The notes beneath the pieces are model-generated. The model saw only the letters and a list, made by a program, of their open reading frames with translations, did no database searches and had not been told where the DNA came from. Source: Candidatus Aminicenantes bacterium (lineage in GTDB: Bacteria > Acidobacteriota > Aminicenantia > Aminicenantales > Saccharicenantaceae). Taken from it: a DNA stretch of 64,000 nucleotides. The translations under genes were made by a program, and so were the position numbers. Location: contig JACIYI010000009.1 in the NCBI GenBank assembly GCA_014360005.1, positions 13,347-77,346 on the forward strand, written 5' to 3'. This document shows positions 35,584 through 45,017 of this stretch, in pieces (position 1 is the stretch's first letter; each line of letters starts with the position of its first letter).

Positions 35584-38526
35584 TTACCGGCCGCAGAAAT
35601 CAACAAAGATGCACCGGTCGCAGCGATCGGTTTCGAGTCCGTCTGGAGTAAAGGGTTTATCAGGGTCTATGATTTCGAGGAGCAGCCGGTCGATTATTTC
35701 TTTGGCCAGGAAGAAATTTTCTTTGCGGGTTTCCCTGGAAAATTGGGTTTCGCCCAGGGGATAGACCAACTGGTCGGAGTCGGTCTGATTTCGCCTCTTT
35801 TTACCGGCCAGGGGCGAGAATTCAATATCGATACTTATAGAATTCCGACCAAGTATTAGCAGAGCTGGATAGATGTCTTCAGCCGGAGTCTGGAATTCAC
35901 CCTCGGCCAGAAGCTGGTAGAAAGGCAGCTGCAGGCTGCCGATGGCTTCGGGCCAGGAGGCTCTGTTTTCCAGCTCCAGCCGGTGGAATTTGATCTCCTG
36001 GTATTTTTCGCTGGCCGAAGTTTTGTAATCAAGAAGGCACAGGTTAGAGCCGCGCTTTTCCACCCGGTCTAATTTCCCCTTGAGCCTGAAGGTATGCCCC
36101 TTCACCTTGTAATTCAGCTGAATTTTTTTCTCCAGCTGGCTGATGACCACGGGCAGGCCCTCAGCAGCCAGCCGGAGGACAACCGGCTGCTGGTAATTTT
36201 CCAGGAATTCCAGAAGATGAAGGTTTATCTGTTCCTTCATCAGCAAAAAGTTTCCAGAAATCGCGCCGGCCAGCCTTGTCCGGAAGACCTGGTCAACGGT
36301 CCGGACCAGTCTGTCGCCGTCAAGTTCCCGGGGCAGAGGTTGGTTAAGGAAAGGCCGGAAATATTCATTTAAGATGAGGTGAACCAGAGTGCCGATGTCA
36401 GCCCTTTCCAGGATGTCAGCCAGTTCTTCTCTTTCCGAAAGCTGCAGAACATGGGCATAATAAAACTGGAGCGGGCATTTCAGGTAGGAATCAAGCTGGC
36501 TGGCTGAGATTTCCATTCTGGCCAGGGTTTCCAGCGTCCGGGAGGTCTTGGCTATCGGTTTGACCGTCGGGGTGCTGAGGTCAATTTTGTAACTGGCTGA
36601 CCTGATATAGCCTGAAGCCTCAGGTTGCTTTTCTTTTTTCTGTTTTTCCCAGAGCATCTCTTCCACGAATCTGCTTTTTTCCTTCTCGCTGTTTTCCACG
36701 AAAAAGACATGGACCGAGCCGGCGCCGGAAACCAGCTGATGTAGATAGTATCGGTATCTTTTTTCCCGCTCCCGATAGGTCGGGAGCTTCAGGGCACTCC
36801 TGACCATCTGGGGCAGCAGGGAATCCACCTTGCTGCTGCCGGGTATGACCTCTTCGTTCATGTCCAGGAGATAGACCTCAGCAAACTGCAGACAGCGGGT
36901 TTCCCAGAAGCCGAGCACCTGGAGGCCGTGGACCGGGGTCCCGGGAAAACTGACCCGGGCCTCGGAGAAGAGCTTGCGGAACAGGTTGAAATAGCTGTTG
37001 CGGTGCTGGAATTTTTCCCGGTTTATCAGCGAATTTTTCAGGTTCTCCAATCGGGCAAAAAACTCTTCAGCATAAGGCTGGAAAAACAGGTGAAGCGGGG
37101 CAGTGCTGTGGTGGACCAGAAAATTTAGCAGGTTGATGAGCTTAAGGGCGAAGTCGCCAATGCTTTCAATCTGGAAAAATGGTTCTATGGTCTGCTGGTG
37201 GATGAACTGCAAATGCTGGATAAATTCTGGGGCTTTCGGGGTGCGGGCCGTCTCCGAATGTTCGTCCAGTTTTTTCTGCCAGTCCCGATCGGCGACGATT
37301 TCTTCCAGCGACCAGAAGAGGTTGCCCTTTTTCTGGTTGAGGCTTTCCTGGATAGCATGGAACAGAATCCTGGTCAGCTCGGCGCTTGGCTGCGGCTCTG
37401 GAAAATAGATGTTTTTGGTGTAGGGATGGAGGACAAAATCCAGATAATAAGGAGCATAAACCCGATTTGATTCATCAGCCGTTTGAATCAGGTTAAACAG
37501 ACAATCAAAAAAATTATAAAGAGGAGTTCTGGTCAGCGGATAGCCCAGGGAAATGTTATAGGCTTCCTCCGGCAGGGCCGATAGAGTCTGCTGGTGCAGT
37601 GGTATCAGGCTCTCCAGGGCGGGCAGGACAATGACCTGTTTTTCGTTCAGCAGGGACTGGTTCTTTACTTTCTCGGCCATCAGGTTATTCAGAATAAAAA
37701 GCTGCCCGTGAGAATCCGGGCTGAGGTAGAAATGAATCTCCGGCTGATGGCTTTTTCCAGGGGCTTCCGGGATGAATTCGGCTTCTTTCAGGTCGAGCCC
37801 CAGACTCTGAACTAGGTCTTCTATTCCCGGCCCGTCCAGAAGATACAGACTGGCCCGCTCCGATTCCAGGACTTTTTTCACCAGCCGGGTTTCACCGGCG
37901 GTCAGCAGGTAGAATCCGGCCAGGATTATATGCTCGAAGCGGTCAAGGTATTCGGGTTGGAGTTTGTTGAGGACGGTTACCAGGCGGGTAGCCCGGGTTG
38001 ATAATTTCTCCTCAGCCAGACAATGGTAAAAATTTTCAAAGAAGAAGGAAACTTTCTGCAGCCTGGTTCTGGTTTTTTCGGGCAGATTCTGCCCGGCCAA
38101 CGAATCTATCATCAGGAAATTTTCCCGGGTTACCAGCCCGGCCTTCAGCTCTTCCAGGTCCTGGTAAAGCTTCAGTCCCAGCGGGAAGAATTCGTCCAGG
38201 GATAAAAAGGCTTTTCCACCCAGGGGCTCTGGCTGACTGCGGTGAAGCTGGTAGAGAATAGAAACGGAATCTATGGGGTCGGCCGGTCGGTCCTGGTTCT
38301 GGTTTATTTCCAGGTAGAGGCTATCAACAAACTCATCAAAGGACTGAATGATCGGCGGCAGGAAACTCTTTTTTAACTTCTGGGCCAGAGCTTTTCTGAG
38401 GTAATGTCCGGGTCTCTTTTCCGGAAAGACCACCTGAAAGGCGGTCAGGTTCTGGCTGGATTGGAGCAACCTGGCAGCCAGAATCTCCGGAAGATCCTGT
38501 CCAGGCTGAATCACAACCAGGGACAT
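35584..38526 (-). CDS. addB: AddB-type helicase-nuclease subunit (PD-(D/E)XK nuclease with a C-terminal Fe-S cysteine cluster)
   Basis: 980 aa. The C-terminal nuclease shows LKGKLDRVE...LLDYKTS and a terminal CDRCIFVDFC, with an upstream Cys in YLKCPLQFY. I could not find a Walker A motif. The start overlaps the addA stop by 1 nt. Confidence 0.8.
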   Translation of the reverse strand: MSLVVIQPGQDLPEILAARLLQSSQNLTAFQVVFPEKRPGHYLRKALAQKLKKSFLPPIIQSFDEFVDSLYLEINQNQDRPADPIDSVSILYQLHRSQPEPLGGKAFLSLDEFFPLGLKLYQDLEELKAGLVTRENFLMIDSLAGQNLPEKTRTRLQKVSFFFENFYHCLAEEKLSTRATRLVTVLNKLQPEYLDRFEHIILAGFYLLTAGETRLVKKVLESERASLYLLDGPGIEDLVQSLGLDLKEAEFIPEAPGKSHQPEIHFYLSPDSHGQLFILNNLMAEKVKNQSLLNEKQVIVLPALESLIPLHQQTLSALPEEAYNISLGYPLTRTPLYNFFDCLFNLIQTADESNRVYAPYYLDFVLHPYTKNIYFPEPQPSAELTRILFHAIQESLNQKKGNLFWSLEEIVADRDWQKKLDEHSETARTPKAPEFIQHLQFIHQQTIEPFFQIESIGDFALKLINLLNFLVHHSTAPLHLFFQPYAEEFFARLENLKNSLINREKFQHRNSYFNLFRKLFSEARVSFPGTPVHGLQVLGFWETRCLQFAEVYLLDMNEEVIPGSSKVDSLLPQMVRSALKLPTYREREKRYRYYLHQLVSGAGSVHVFFVENSEKEKSRFVEEMLWEKQKKEKQPEASGYIRSASYKIDLSTPTVKPIAKTSRTLETLARMEISASQLDSYLKCPLQFYYAHVLQLSEREELADILERADIGTLVHLILNEYFRPFLNQPLPRELDGDRLVRTVDQVFRTRLAGAISGNFLLMKEQINLHLLEFLENYQQPVVLRLAAEGLPVVISQLEKKIQLNYKVKGHTFRLKGKLDRVEKRGSNLCLLDYKTSASEKYQEIKFHRLELENRASWPEAIGSLQLPFYQLLAEGEFQTPAEDIYPALLILGRNSISIDIEFSPLAGKKRRNQTDSDQLVYPLGETQFSRETRKENFFLAKEIIDRLLLEIIDPDKPFTPDGLETDRCDRCIFVDFCGR

Positions 38527-41500
38527 CAGGCTCTCTCCAGTTTTTTCTGGTCGGGATACATCAGAATCCCTTCTATTTTTCTTCCAGGATATATATCAGA
38601 CAGCATTGACATGTAACTTCTTATCTGCTGGAAATAGTTTGTTCGCAGTTCCGGGTCATCGGTGGAGCCGGTCTTAAAATCAATCACTGTGACCCGGTCC
38701 GGGTCAACCACCACCCGATCTGCCCGGAAAAGCCGCCCCCGGGCGTCAACCAGCTCTATTTCGCGGTGAACGACCCGACCGGTCCGGCGCTCAAAATAGG
38801 CAGCTACTTCGGGCAGCGACAGGAATTCCTTAACCGTCCCGGCCGCGGCCAGAATTTCTCTGGCTGAAAAGGCTGTGGTCTGGACTCTGGCAGCCGCGGC
38901 CGTCAGCACCTGTTCCAGGTCTTTTCCGGCAAATTCGATGGCAGCCAGCAGGGCATGGATAAATTCGCCGCGCCTTCTTTCGTAATAATTAAGAGCAGGC
39001 TTGTCTGCAGCCGGGGAAAACTTTCCAGCCTGGAGTACAGTCAACGGGGCTAAAAGCTCCTGCCTGGTGGTTTCTCTTTTCTCTTCCTGCCTGGTATCGG
39101 GCTGGCACCGGGCGGAGGCGTTTTTCCCTTCGGTTTCAAGGTCGAGGATGGCTTCCAGCAGGGGAAAGGGGTATTCATTTCGTTTCTTGACACCGATTAC
39201 GTAGAGCTCTTCCCGGGCTCTGGTCAGGGCCACGTACAGGGTATTTAATTTATTCACCCGTTCCCTTTGCCGGTGGTCATCGTAAGTTCTCTGAAATTCG
39301 GGCCGGGCGCTGGCGGTGCTGGCATTCAACCTCAGGACTTCAACCGGCTGCGGACCTCCGGCCCGGGTCGTCCTTTTGGTCCTGCTTTCCCTGAGATAGA
39401 AGGTCTCGGACTTAATCTGTTCCCGGTAAAGGAGCAGGATGACCACGGGGAAACCAAGACCCTTGGCTTTGTGAATGGTCATTATTTTAACGGCGTCCAG
39501 GGTTTCCGGGACGTCTATGGTCCAGAGGTTTTTATCCTCACTGGGTTCGGCCGAAAACTTGATAAAGTCCCGCAGGTTGCTCTTGCCCTGGCCTTCAAAA
39601 TTCTTGATGACCTCCAGCAGCTTGATCAGGGCTCCTTCTTCCAGCGGGAAAAGTTCCAAAGGCCTGAAAACCCGGAAAACCTGGCTGACCAGGTCGTAAA
39701 GGGGAAGGTAGCCGGTGGTTTTGAAAAAGTCCTCAAAATAGGCTTCCCAGAGAGCGGGGTAAGTCAGCCTGAAAGCGGTGTAAAGGGGAGTCTGGCCCAG
39801 GGTCCGATGGTTCAGGATGAATTCCCTGACCGCTTCTGGCTCCAGAGTAATCCCGTCTTGCTGCAGCCGCTTCTGAAAAAGCTGGCCGCAGAGGAAAACG
39901 GAAAAATTCAGTTCATCCAGAGGATAATCCAGGAATTGCAGTAAGGACAGGATTTCCCTGATTATGGGGCGGCTTCTTATATCCAGGGCCGAGTAGGGCA
40001 CAAAGGGAATTTGCAACTCATTGAGCCAGGCTGCAGCTTGCTTGACCCGCTCGTTTTCGTAGGTCAGGATGGCCAGGTCGGCATAGCGGTAGCCACGATC
40101 CAGTAGCTGCTTGATCAGGGCCTGAACTTCTTTTTTTTCCGGTTCTTCCAGGTCATCGCTATCCGGCTGTTCGGAGCCATTATTTTGATCGCCGGCTTCT
40201 TTTTTTGTTTTTCTGGACAGGTCCACCAGTTTCAATTCGGCATAACCTGGAAAAGACCCTGAATCGCAAGCCGGGCGGCAACTAAAATCATCCAGACCGC
40301 TGCGGCTGGCGGCTTCCCGCCACAGCGGAGCATCTTTCCAGTCCATGGTTTCTACCGGCAGTTCTCTGATGCCATCCGGGAAAATTCTGTTCAGCCAGCT
40401 AAGGAGCTCCGGGCGGCTGCGCCAGTTTTCCTGCAGTTCGGCTATCCTGGGGCGGACTGAAGCAAATCCGTCCTGCCCTTTTATCAGGTTGACCATGATC
40501 TGGTAATCGGCCTCGCGGAAGCCGTAAATGGCCTGCTTGGTGTCGCCGACGATGAACAGGCTACCTCCTTGAGACAGGGCATTTTCTATCAGCGGGTAGA
40601 GATTTTGCCACTGCAGGGGAGAGGTGTCCTGGAATTCGTCTATCAGGTAATGGTAGATTTCGCTGCCAAGGCTGAAGTAGACATCGGGCACCACTCCCCG
40701 GTCCAGATAATTGGCCAGCTGGCAGTGGATGTCTTCCAGGAAAACCAGACCTCTTTCCTTTCTCGCCTGGTCCAGGACCTCCAGGAAGCGGTCGTAAATC
40801 TTGAGGTGCGGCTGGAAAAATATTCTGGCCTGGATTTCTTTGTACCTGTCGGTTATTTCCTTAAGCTTCTGGAGTTCCCGGACGACGGGGGCTGGAGGCG
40901 TTTGCTTCTTGCTTTCCAGTATTCCAAAGTCATAGTCATTCCAGTCGCTCAATCTGGACCTGGATAGGTATTTCAGGAGTTTTGAATTTTTCGGGCAGCC
41001 TCCCCAGTCTTGTATCAGCCGGATAAGCTTTTCCCGGCTGACCTGGAATTTTTCTTCCAGTTCTTGCAAGGCCTTCCGGAGGGGCTGCAGGTCAAGTTGA
41101 CGGGCCCGACGGTTAGCGGCGGCCAGTTTGCGGTTTAGACCCATCATGATTTTTTCCAGGTCAGCTGCCGGGTCCCAGGCATAGGCGTCTTGAGAGCCCC
41201 GCATTTCCTTCAGGTTGTGGCAGACTTCCTGGAAAAGGCCGAATTCAGTCGAATCGGCTTTAACGTTTTTCAAAAGCCGGGAAAAAGCGTAGGACAGGAC
41301 TGGCCCGGAATCGATGGTAATCTCAGAATCAGGGCTTATTCCCAGCTCGATGGCCGAAGCTTTGAAGATATTGGCCATAAAACTATCAATGGTAGTTACC
41401 TGGAAATCACTGTAGTTGCTCAGAATCTTGTTCAGGGTCTCTTCGGCCCGGGCTTGAAGCTGGTCCCGGTCTATAGTGACCAAATTCAGGATGGCTTCCA

Positions 41501-41771
41501 GGTCGCGGTCTTCCTGGGCGCGGTCTGAGAAAAAGCAACATTTCTTCAGCCACCAGATGATTCTTTCCTTCATCTCCTTGGTGGCATTCCGGGTGAAAGT
41601 AATAGCCAGAATCTGCTGAGGGTCATTATGTTTGATCACCGGGGAAAGTAAAAACTGGGTGAAGCGGAGAGTAAGGGCCCTGGTTTTCCCGGTTCCAGCG
41701 GAGGCCTTGAGGATAACAAACTCGGGAAATTTGATATCCCGGTCTCTGGTTAATATGGTTTCCTTCGGCAT
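38526..41771 (-). CDS. addA: AddA/RecB-type UvrD-family helicase-nuclease subunit
   Basis: 1081 aa. Walker A LKASAGTGKTRALT, LIDEFQDTSPLQW, FIVGDTKQAIYGFREAD, TIHKAKGLGFPVV and YVALTRAREEL. The C-terminal nuclease shows RADRVVV...VIDFKTGS. Confidence 0.9.
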   Translation of the reverse strand: MPKETILTRDRDIKFPEFVILKASAGTGKTRALTLRFTQFLLSPVIKHNDPQQILAITFTRNATKEMKERIIWWLKKCCFFSDRAQEDRDLEAILNLVTIDRDQLQARAEETLNKILSNYSDFQVTTIDSFMANIFKASAIELGISPDSEITIDSGPVLSYAFSRLLKNVKADSTEFGLFQEVCHNLKEMRGSQDAYAWDPAADLEKIMMGLNRKLAAANRRARQLDLQPLRKALQELEEKFQVSREKLIRLIQDWGGCPKNSKLLKYLSRSRLSDWNDYDFGILESKKQTPPAPVVRELQKLKEITDRYKEIQARIFFQPHLKIYDRFLEVLDQARKERGLVFLEDIHCQLANYLDRGVVPDVYFSLGSEIYHYLIDEFQDTSPLQWQNLYPLIENALSQGGSLFIVGDTKQAIYGFREADYQIMVNLIKGQDGFASVRPRIAELQENWRSRPELLSWLNRIFPDGIRELPVETMDWKDAPLWREAASRSGLDDFSCRPACDSGSFPGYAELKLVDLSRKTKKEAGDQNNGSEQPDSDDLEEPEKKEVQALIKQLLDRGYRYADLAILTYENERVKQAAAWLNELQIPFVPYSALDIRSRPIIREILSLLQFLDYPLDELNFSVFLCGQLFQKRLQQDGITLEPEAVREFILNHRTLGQTPLYTAFRLTYPALWEAYFEDFFKTTGYLPLYDLVSQVFRVFRPLELFPLEEGALIKLLEVIKNFEGQGKSNLRDFIKFSAEPSEDKNLWTIDVPETLDAVKIMTIHKAKGLGFPVVILLLYREQIKSETFYLRESRTKRTTRAGGPQPVEVLRLNASTASARPEFQRTYDDHRQRERVNKLNTLYVALTRAREELYVIGVKKRNEYPFPLLEAILDLETEGKNASARCQPDTRQEEKRETTRQELLAPLTVLQAGKFSPAADKPALNYYERRRGEFIHALLAAIEFAGKDLEQVLTAAAARVQTTAFSAREILAAAGTVKEFLSLPEVAAYFERRTGRVVHREIELVDARGRLFRADRVVVDPDRVTVIDFKTGSTDDPELRTNYFQQIRSYMSMLSDIYPGRKIEGILMYPDQKKLERA

Positions 41772-41840
41772 CCGGTTATATTGTACTCGAAATTAGAATC
41801 GGTGGAAGCTAGAATTTAGCTGGGCAGTCAGCTGGCAGGG

Positions 41841-42470
41841 TTATTTACCGGTAAAGATTTTGAAAAAGGTGAAAAGTGAAAAACCCACCAGCAGCAGTCC
41901 CAGGGCCAAGAGAAGTCTCTTGAAAGTCTTTTCCTGGATGCGGGCCTGGTAATGCGAAACAATCCGGACCAGGAAGAAGTACCAGACAACCGCGCCCAGG
42001 CCACAGGATAGGGCAAAGAAGACTGCCGGCCAGAGACCTTCTATCAACAGTCCGTGGGCGGTAACGAAACCGGCCACGGCTATCCAGAAGGCGTAGAGCG
42101 AGGGATTGGATATGTATAGAAGAAACACCCCCAGCAGTGGCCGGGGGCTCCTGATGATAACCGTATCTTTTTCCCGCACCTGGAACTGGAAAACCCTGGC
42201 ATCATGAAATAATTTTAAGCCCAGCAGCATCAGGACAGCGCCGGCTGCGATTTTCAGCCAGTAGTCGTAATTGGTGATATTAACGGAGATGTGGAAAAAG
42301 CCGACCAGGGCCACCAGGCAGTAGCTAAAGTCCAGAAAGGCTGTGGCCAGTCCGGCGATCATCCCGTGGAAGAAATCCCTTTTAAGCGTCTGGGAGATGA
42401 TGTAGATGTTGACCGGACCGACAGGAACGGCTGCCAGGAACCCGATCATGAAACCGATAAAAATAAACAT
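41841..42470 (-). CDS. LysE/RhtB-family amino-acid exporter
   Basis: 209 aa with six helices. The N-terminal FIGFMIGFLAAVPVGPVNIYII (PxGP motif) is typical of LysE translocators. Confidence 0.8.
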   Translation of the reverse strand: MFIFIGFMIGFLAAVPVGPVNIYIISQTLKRDFFHGMIAGLATAFLDFSYCLVALVGFFHISVNITNYDYWLKIAAGAVLMLLGLKLFHDARVFQFQVREKDTVIIRSPRPLLGVFLLYISNPSLYAFWIAVAGFVTAHGLLIEGLWPAVFFALSCGLGAVVWYFFLVRIVSHYQARIQEKTFKRLLLALGLLLVGFSLFTFFKIFTGK

Positions 42471-42634
42471 CCGTATACCCGGAGCAAAAAGATAGGCTAT
42501 TAAGATACCTTAAAAGAATAAGGGATTCAATATAATCCAAGAAAATGGATGGCCGAATTTTCCTGTTGTTGGTTCCCTTGGTTCCGGTCCGACGGTTGAG
42601 GCCCTGGCCAGGTTGTTATTCTAAGCTGGTGAGC

Positions 42635-42880
42635 TTACATCTTGGGGATGGAGGTGTCGGTGGTATCCTCCTCCAGGTCGCTTTCAATACCCAGCAGCTT
42701 GGCGATGCCCTCGTAGACCATCTTCAAGGACTTCTTCTGCTCCTGCAGTTGAGCCAGAGTCTGCCTGACTCTCTGCAGCTCTTTTTCCACCTCTCCGTCG
42801 ATGGCGGCCAGTTGAGCCCGAACATCTTCCAGAGTCTTCTTGTAAAGTTCCTCTTGTTCTTTGGAGATGCTCATCTTCAT
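42635..42880 (-). CDS. Small coiled-coil protein (hypothetical)
   Basis: 81 aa. Heptad-like, E/K/Q/L-rich sequence (EELYKKTLEDVRAQLAAIDGEVEKELQRVRQTLAQLQEQKKSLK) with an acidic tail. Starts 19 nt downstream of the REC-TonB gene on the same strand. Confidence 0.4.
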   Translation of the reverse strand: MKMSISKEQEELYKKTLEDVRAQLAAIDGEVEKELQRVRQTLAQLQEQKKSLKMVYEGIAKLLGIESDLEEDTTDTSIPKM

Positions 42881-42899
42881 GACTCCTTTTTAGCCCTCG

Positions 42900-44735
42900 T
42901 TATTTATCCAGGCCGAAGCCTATGGTAACGGGCTTCCAAACCCTTACTTTAACACCATTTTTTTCTGCTGGCAAGAATTTCCATTTTTTTACAGCATTGA
43001 TGGCTTCTTTTTCCAGAGCCACCGAACCCTTAATGCCCCTGATGACTGCGGCTTCGAGGACGTCGCCGTTTTCCGAAATCAGGACGTTCAGCAGCACCTG
43101 ACCCTTATTGCCCATCCTGCGGTCAGCTTCTGGGTAAATTGGTTCCACAGTCTTGACCACCTTCGGTTCAACATCGACTACGTTGAGCGGCACCAGGTCT
43201 CCAGGTTTGATGTCCTGGGCCGGGATAACCACCTGTGGTTCAGGGGCTGTCTGGACCGGCTCGCTGGCTTTTTCGGAGGCGGTTTCTGTCTGGCTGTTTG
43301 TTTCGGTGCCGGCCGCTTCAGCCGGAGGAGTGGTCTGAGCCTGGGACGGCTCGGCCCGGGGGGTGGTGGTCAGGGAGGCAAGAGAAGTGGTTTGCTTGGG
43401 AATAAAAGGAGCGGCCTCCTCTCGGGCCGGCTGCCGGTCAGCGGTCCGGGTCGGAGCTGATTTTTTAGCCGGCTGCTTAGCGCTGGCCTGTTCCTTCTGG
43501 GATTTATAGGCCTCGATCTGCCTGGCAATTTCCTGGGTAATTTCTTCTTCCGATTGTTTGGGGACGCCGGGCTGGTTGTTACCGGTCTGGAGGGCCGCTA
43601 CCTGCTGGCTGGCTGGTCCACTGAAAGCCGGGGCTTCTTTTTTCTTCAAGGTCAGGAAGGCTACTACTCCGGCCACAGCCAGGATGACGGCGGCCAGGCC
43701 GATGTATTTGCCAGCGCCGCTGCGGTGTTTCTTTTCTTCTTCTTTTTCTTCTATGAATCCTTTGAAAGGATTAACCACCGGAGCGGCTGTTCTGGGTCTG
43801 TTATCAACCGGGGCCTGAGGGGCAGCCGGCTGAGTTTCCTTTTTTAACTCTTTCTTGGGTTCTGGCCGGGGTTCCGGCCGGGACGGAATTACTGGTTCCG
43901 GTCTGGGCTTGGTTCTTACCGGTTCAGCTTTAGGGGTGCGGGGAGCAGCTGGGGGAGCTGCCGGCTTCTTTATCAGCTCGTCCAGCAGGCTGTCGGTAGT
44001 GGCCGTTCCAGCTTTTTTAGTCTCATCCGGACGGACGGCCGGTTTTTCAGGCTCGGGCTTGACCGCTGGCCTGGGCGCCGGTTTGACCTCAGGCTTTGGC
44101 TTCGGTTTTGGCTCGGGTTTCGAATTTTCTACCATCAGGTCTTTTAATTTGGACCTGAGAATTAAATCAACTTCATCGTCTTTGCTCAGCTGGGGTTCTT
44201 TAGCCGGGCGGGGCTGGGGTGATTGCTTTTCTACCGGCCTGGGTTTTTCTACCGGCTTGACTTTTTCCGCCGGCTTCTTTTCTTCCGTGTCCAGCGACAG
44301 GGCTTCTTTTAACAGCTGGTCCAGCTCCTTCTCGGCCGAAGCTGGGATTTTCTTGGTCTCCGGCTTGCCGATCAATTCATATATCTTATTGAGTAATTCT
44401 TCCAGGTTAAGGGGTTTCTCAAAGAAAGCCGAGGCTCTCAGGCTTCTCAGGGCTTCGGTCTTGTAAACCGAATCCTTGTAAATGCCGGTGACGATGATGA
44501 CCGGCGCCTTCTTGGTCGGATGGGAAGTGATGCGGGAGCAAAGTTCAAAACCATGAAACTTGGGTAACATGGCTTCCATGATGACCAGGTCAGGATGAAT
44601 TTCCGAGAAGCGCTCAAACCCGGACAGCCCGTCGGTGGCGGTGACTGTTTCGAAGCCCTCATCGGTCAGGGCCCGGGACAGGAACTTCAAGAATTCCTGG
44701 TCAAAGTCAATCAGCAAAAGTTTCTTTTTAGCCAT
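42900..44735 (-). CDS. Fusion protein: receiver-like domain (Asp to Glu) - Pro/Lys-rich linker - single TM helix - TonB C-terminal domain
   Basis: 611 aa. The N-terminal roughly 120 aa align to CheY-like receivers (KKLLLIDFDQEF, DLVIMEAMLPKFHG, VIIVTG, FFEKPL), with the phospho-acceptor position occupied by Glu. A KP/EP-rich region follows, then the TM helix YIGLAAVILAVAGVVAFLTL. The C-terminal segment VEPIYPEADRRMGNKGQVLLNVLISENGDVLEAAVIRG...EKEAINAVKKWKFLPAEKNGVKV is a TonB_C fold signature. Confidence 0.8.
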   Translation of the reverse strand: MAKKKLLLIDFDQEFLKFLSRALTDEGFETVTATDGLSGFERFSEIHPDLVIMEAMLPKFHGFELCSRITSHPTKKAPVIIVTGIYKDSVYKTEALRSLRASAFFEKPLNLEELLNKIYELIGKPETKKIPASAEKELDQLLKEALSLDTEEKKPAEKVKPVEKPRPVEKQSPQPRPAKEPQLSKDDEVDLILRSKLKDLMVENSKPEPKPKPKPEVKPAPRPAVKPEPEKPAVRPDETKKAGTATTDSLLDELIKKPAAPPAAPRTPKAEPVRTKPRPEPVIPSRPEPRPEPKKELKKETQPAAPQAPVDNRPRTAAPVVNPFKGFIEEKEEEKKHRSGAGKYIGLAAVILAVAGVVAFLTLKKKEAPAFSGPASQQVAALQTGNNQPGVPKQSEEEITQEIARQIEAYKSQKEQASAKQPAKKSAPTRTADRQPAREEAAPFIPKQTTSLASLTTTPRAEPSQAQTTPPAEAAGTETNSQTETASEKASEPVQTAPEPQVVIPAQDIKPGDLVPLNVVDVEPKVVKTVEPIYPEADRRMGNKGQVLLNVLISENGDVLEAAVIRGIKGSVALEKEAINAVKKWKFLPAEKNGVKVRVWKPVTIGFGLDK

Positions 44736-45017
44736 TTTTTTACCCTCTCTTAAATTTAACCCAACCCGGGGGTTATGGCCAACGCACCCTATCTATCTCA
44801 TGAAGGAAAATCATCTTCAATCACCCTTAGGGGTGAAAGTCTGGATGAAATTTCCTCCCGGCTGATAGTTATATTTTTATCAACCGGGGATGAGCCTCAG
44901 TTCAGCCGTGAGGGCGCAGTTTTCACCTGGATTCTGACTCACCCGGGTCAGGCCATTTTTCCCTGTTATCAATGGGTAAATAATAGGGAAGATTCAGGCC
45001 GCCGCTTCTGACTGGAA

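Noticed and set aside
43860-44300. Short tandem-looking GC-rich repeats (GGCTTTGGCTTCGGTTTTGGCTCGGG...) that could be mistaken for a repeat array
   Set aside because: They lie inside the REC-TonB_C gene and encode its (K/E)P-rich linker on the opposite strand. This is a coding low-complexity region, not a CRISPR array or satellite. No CRISPR-like regularly spaced repeats were seen anywhere in the window.
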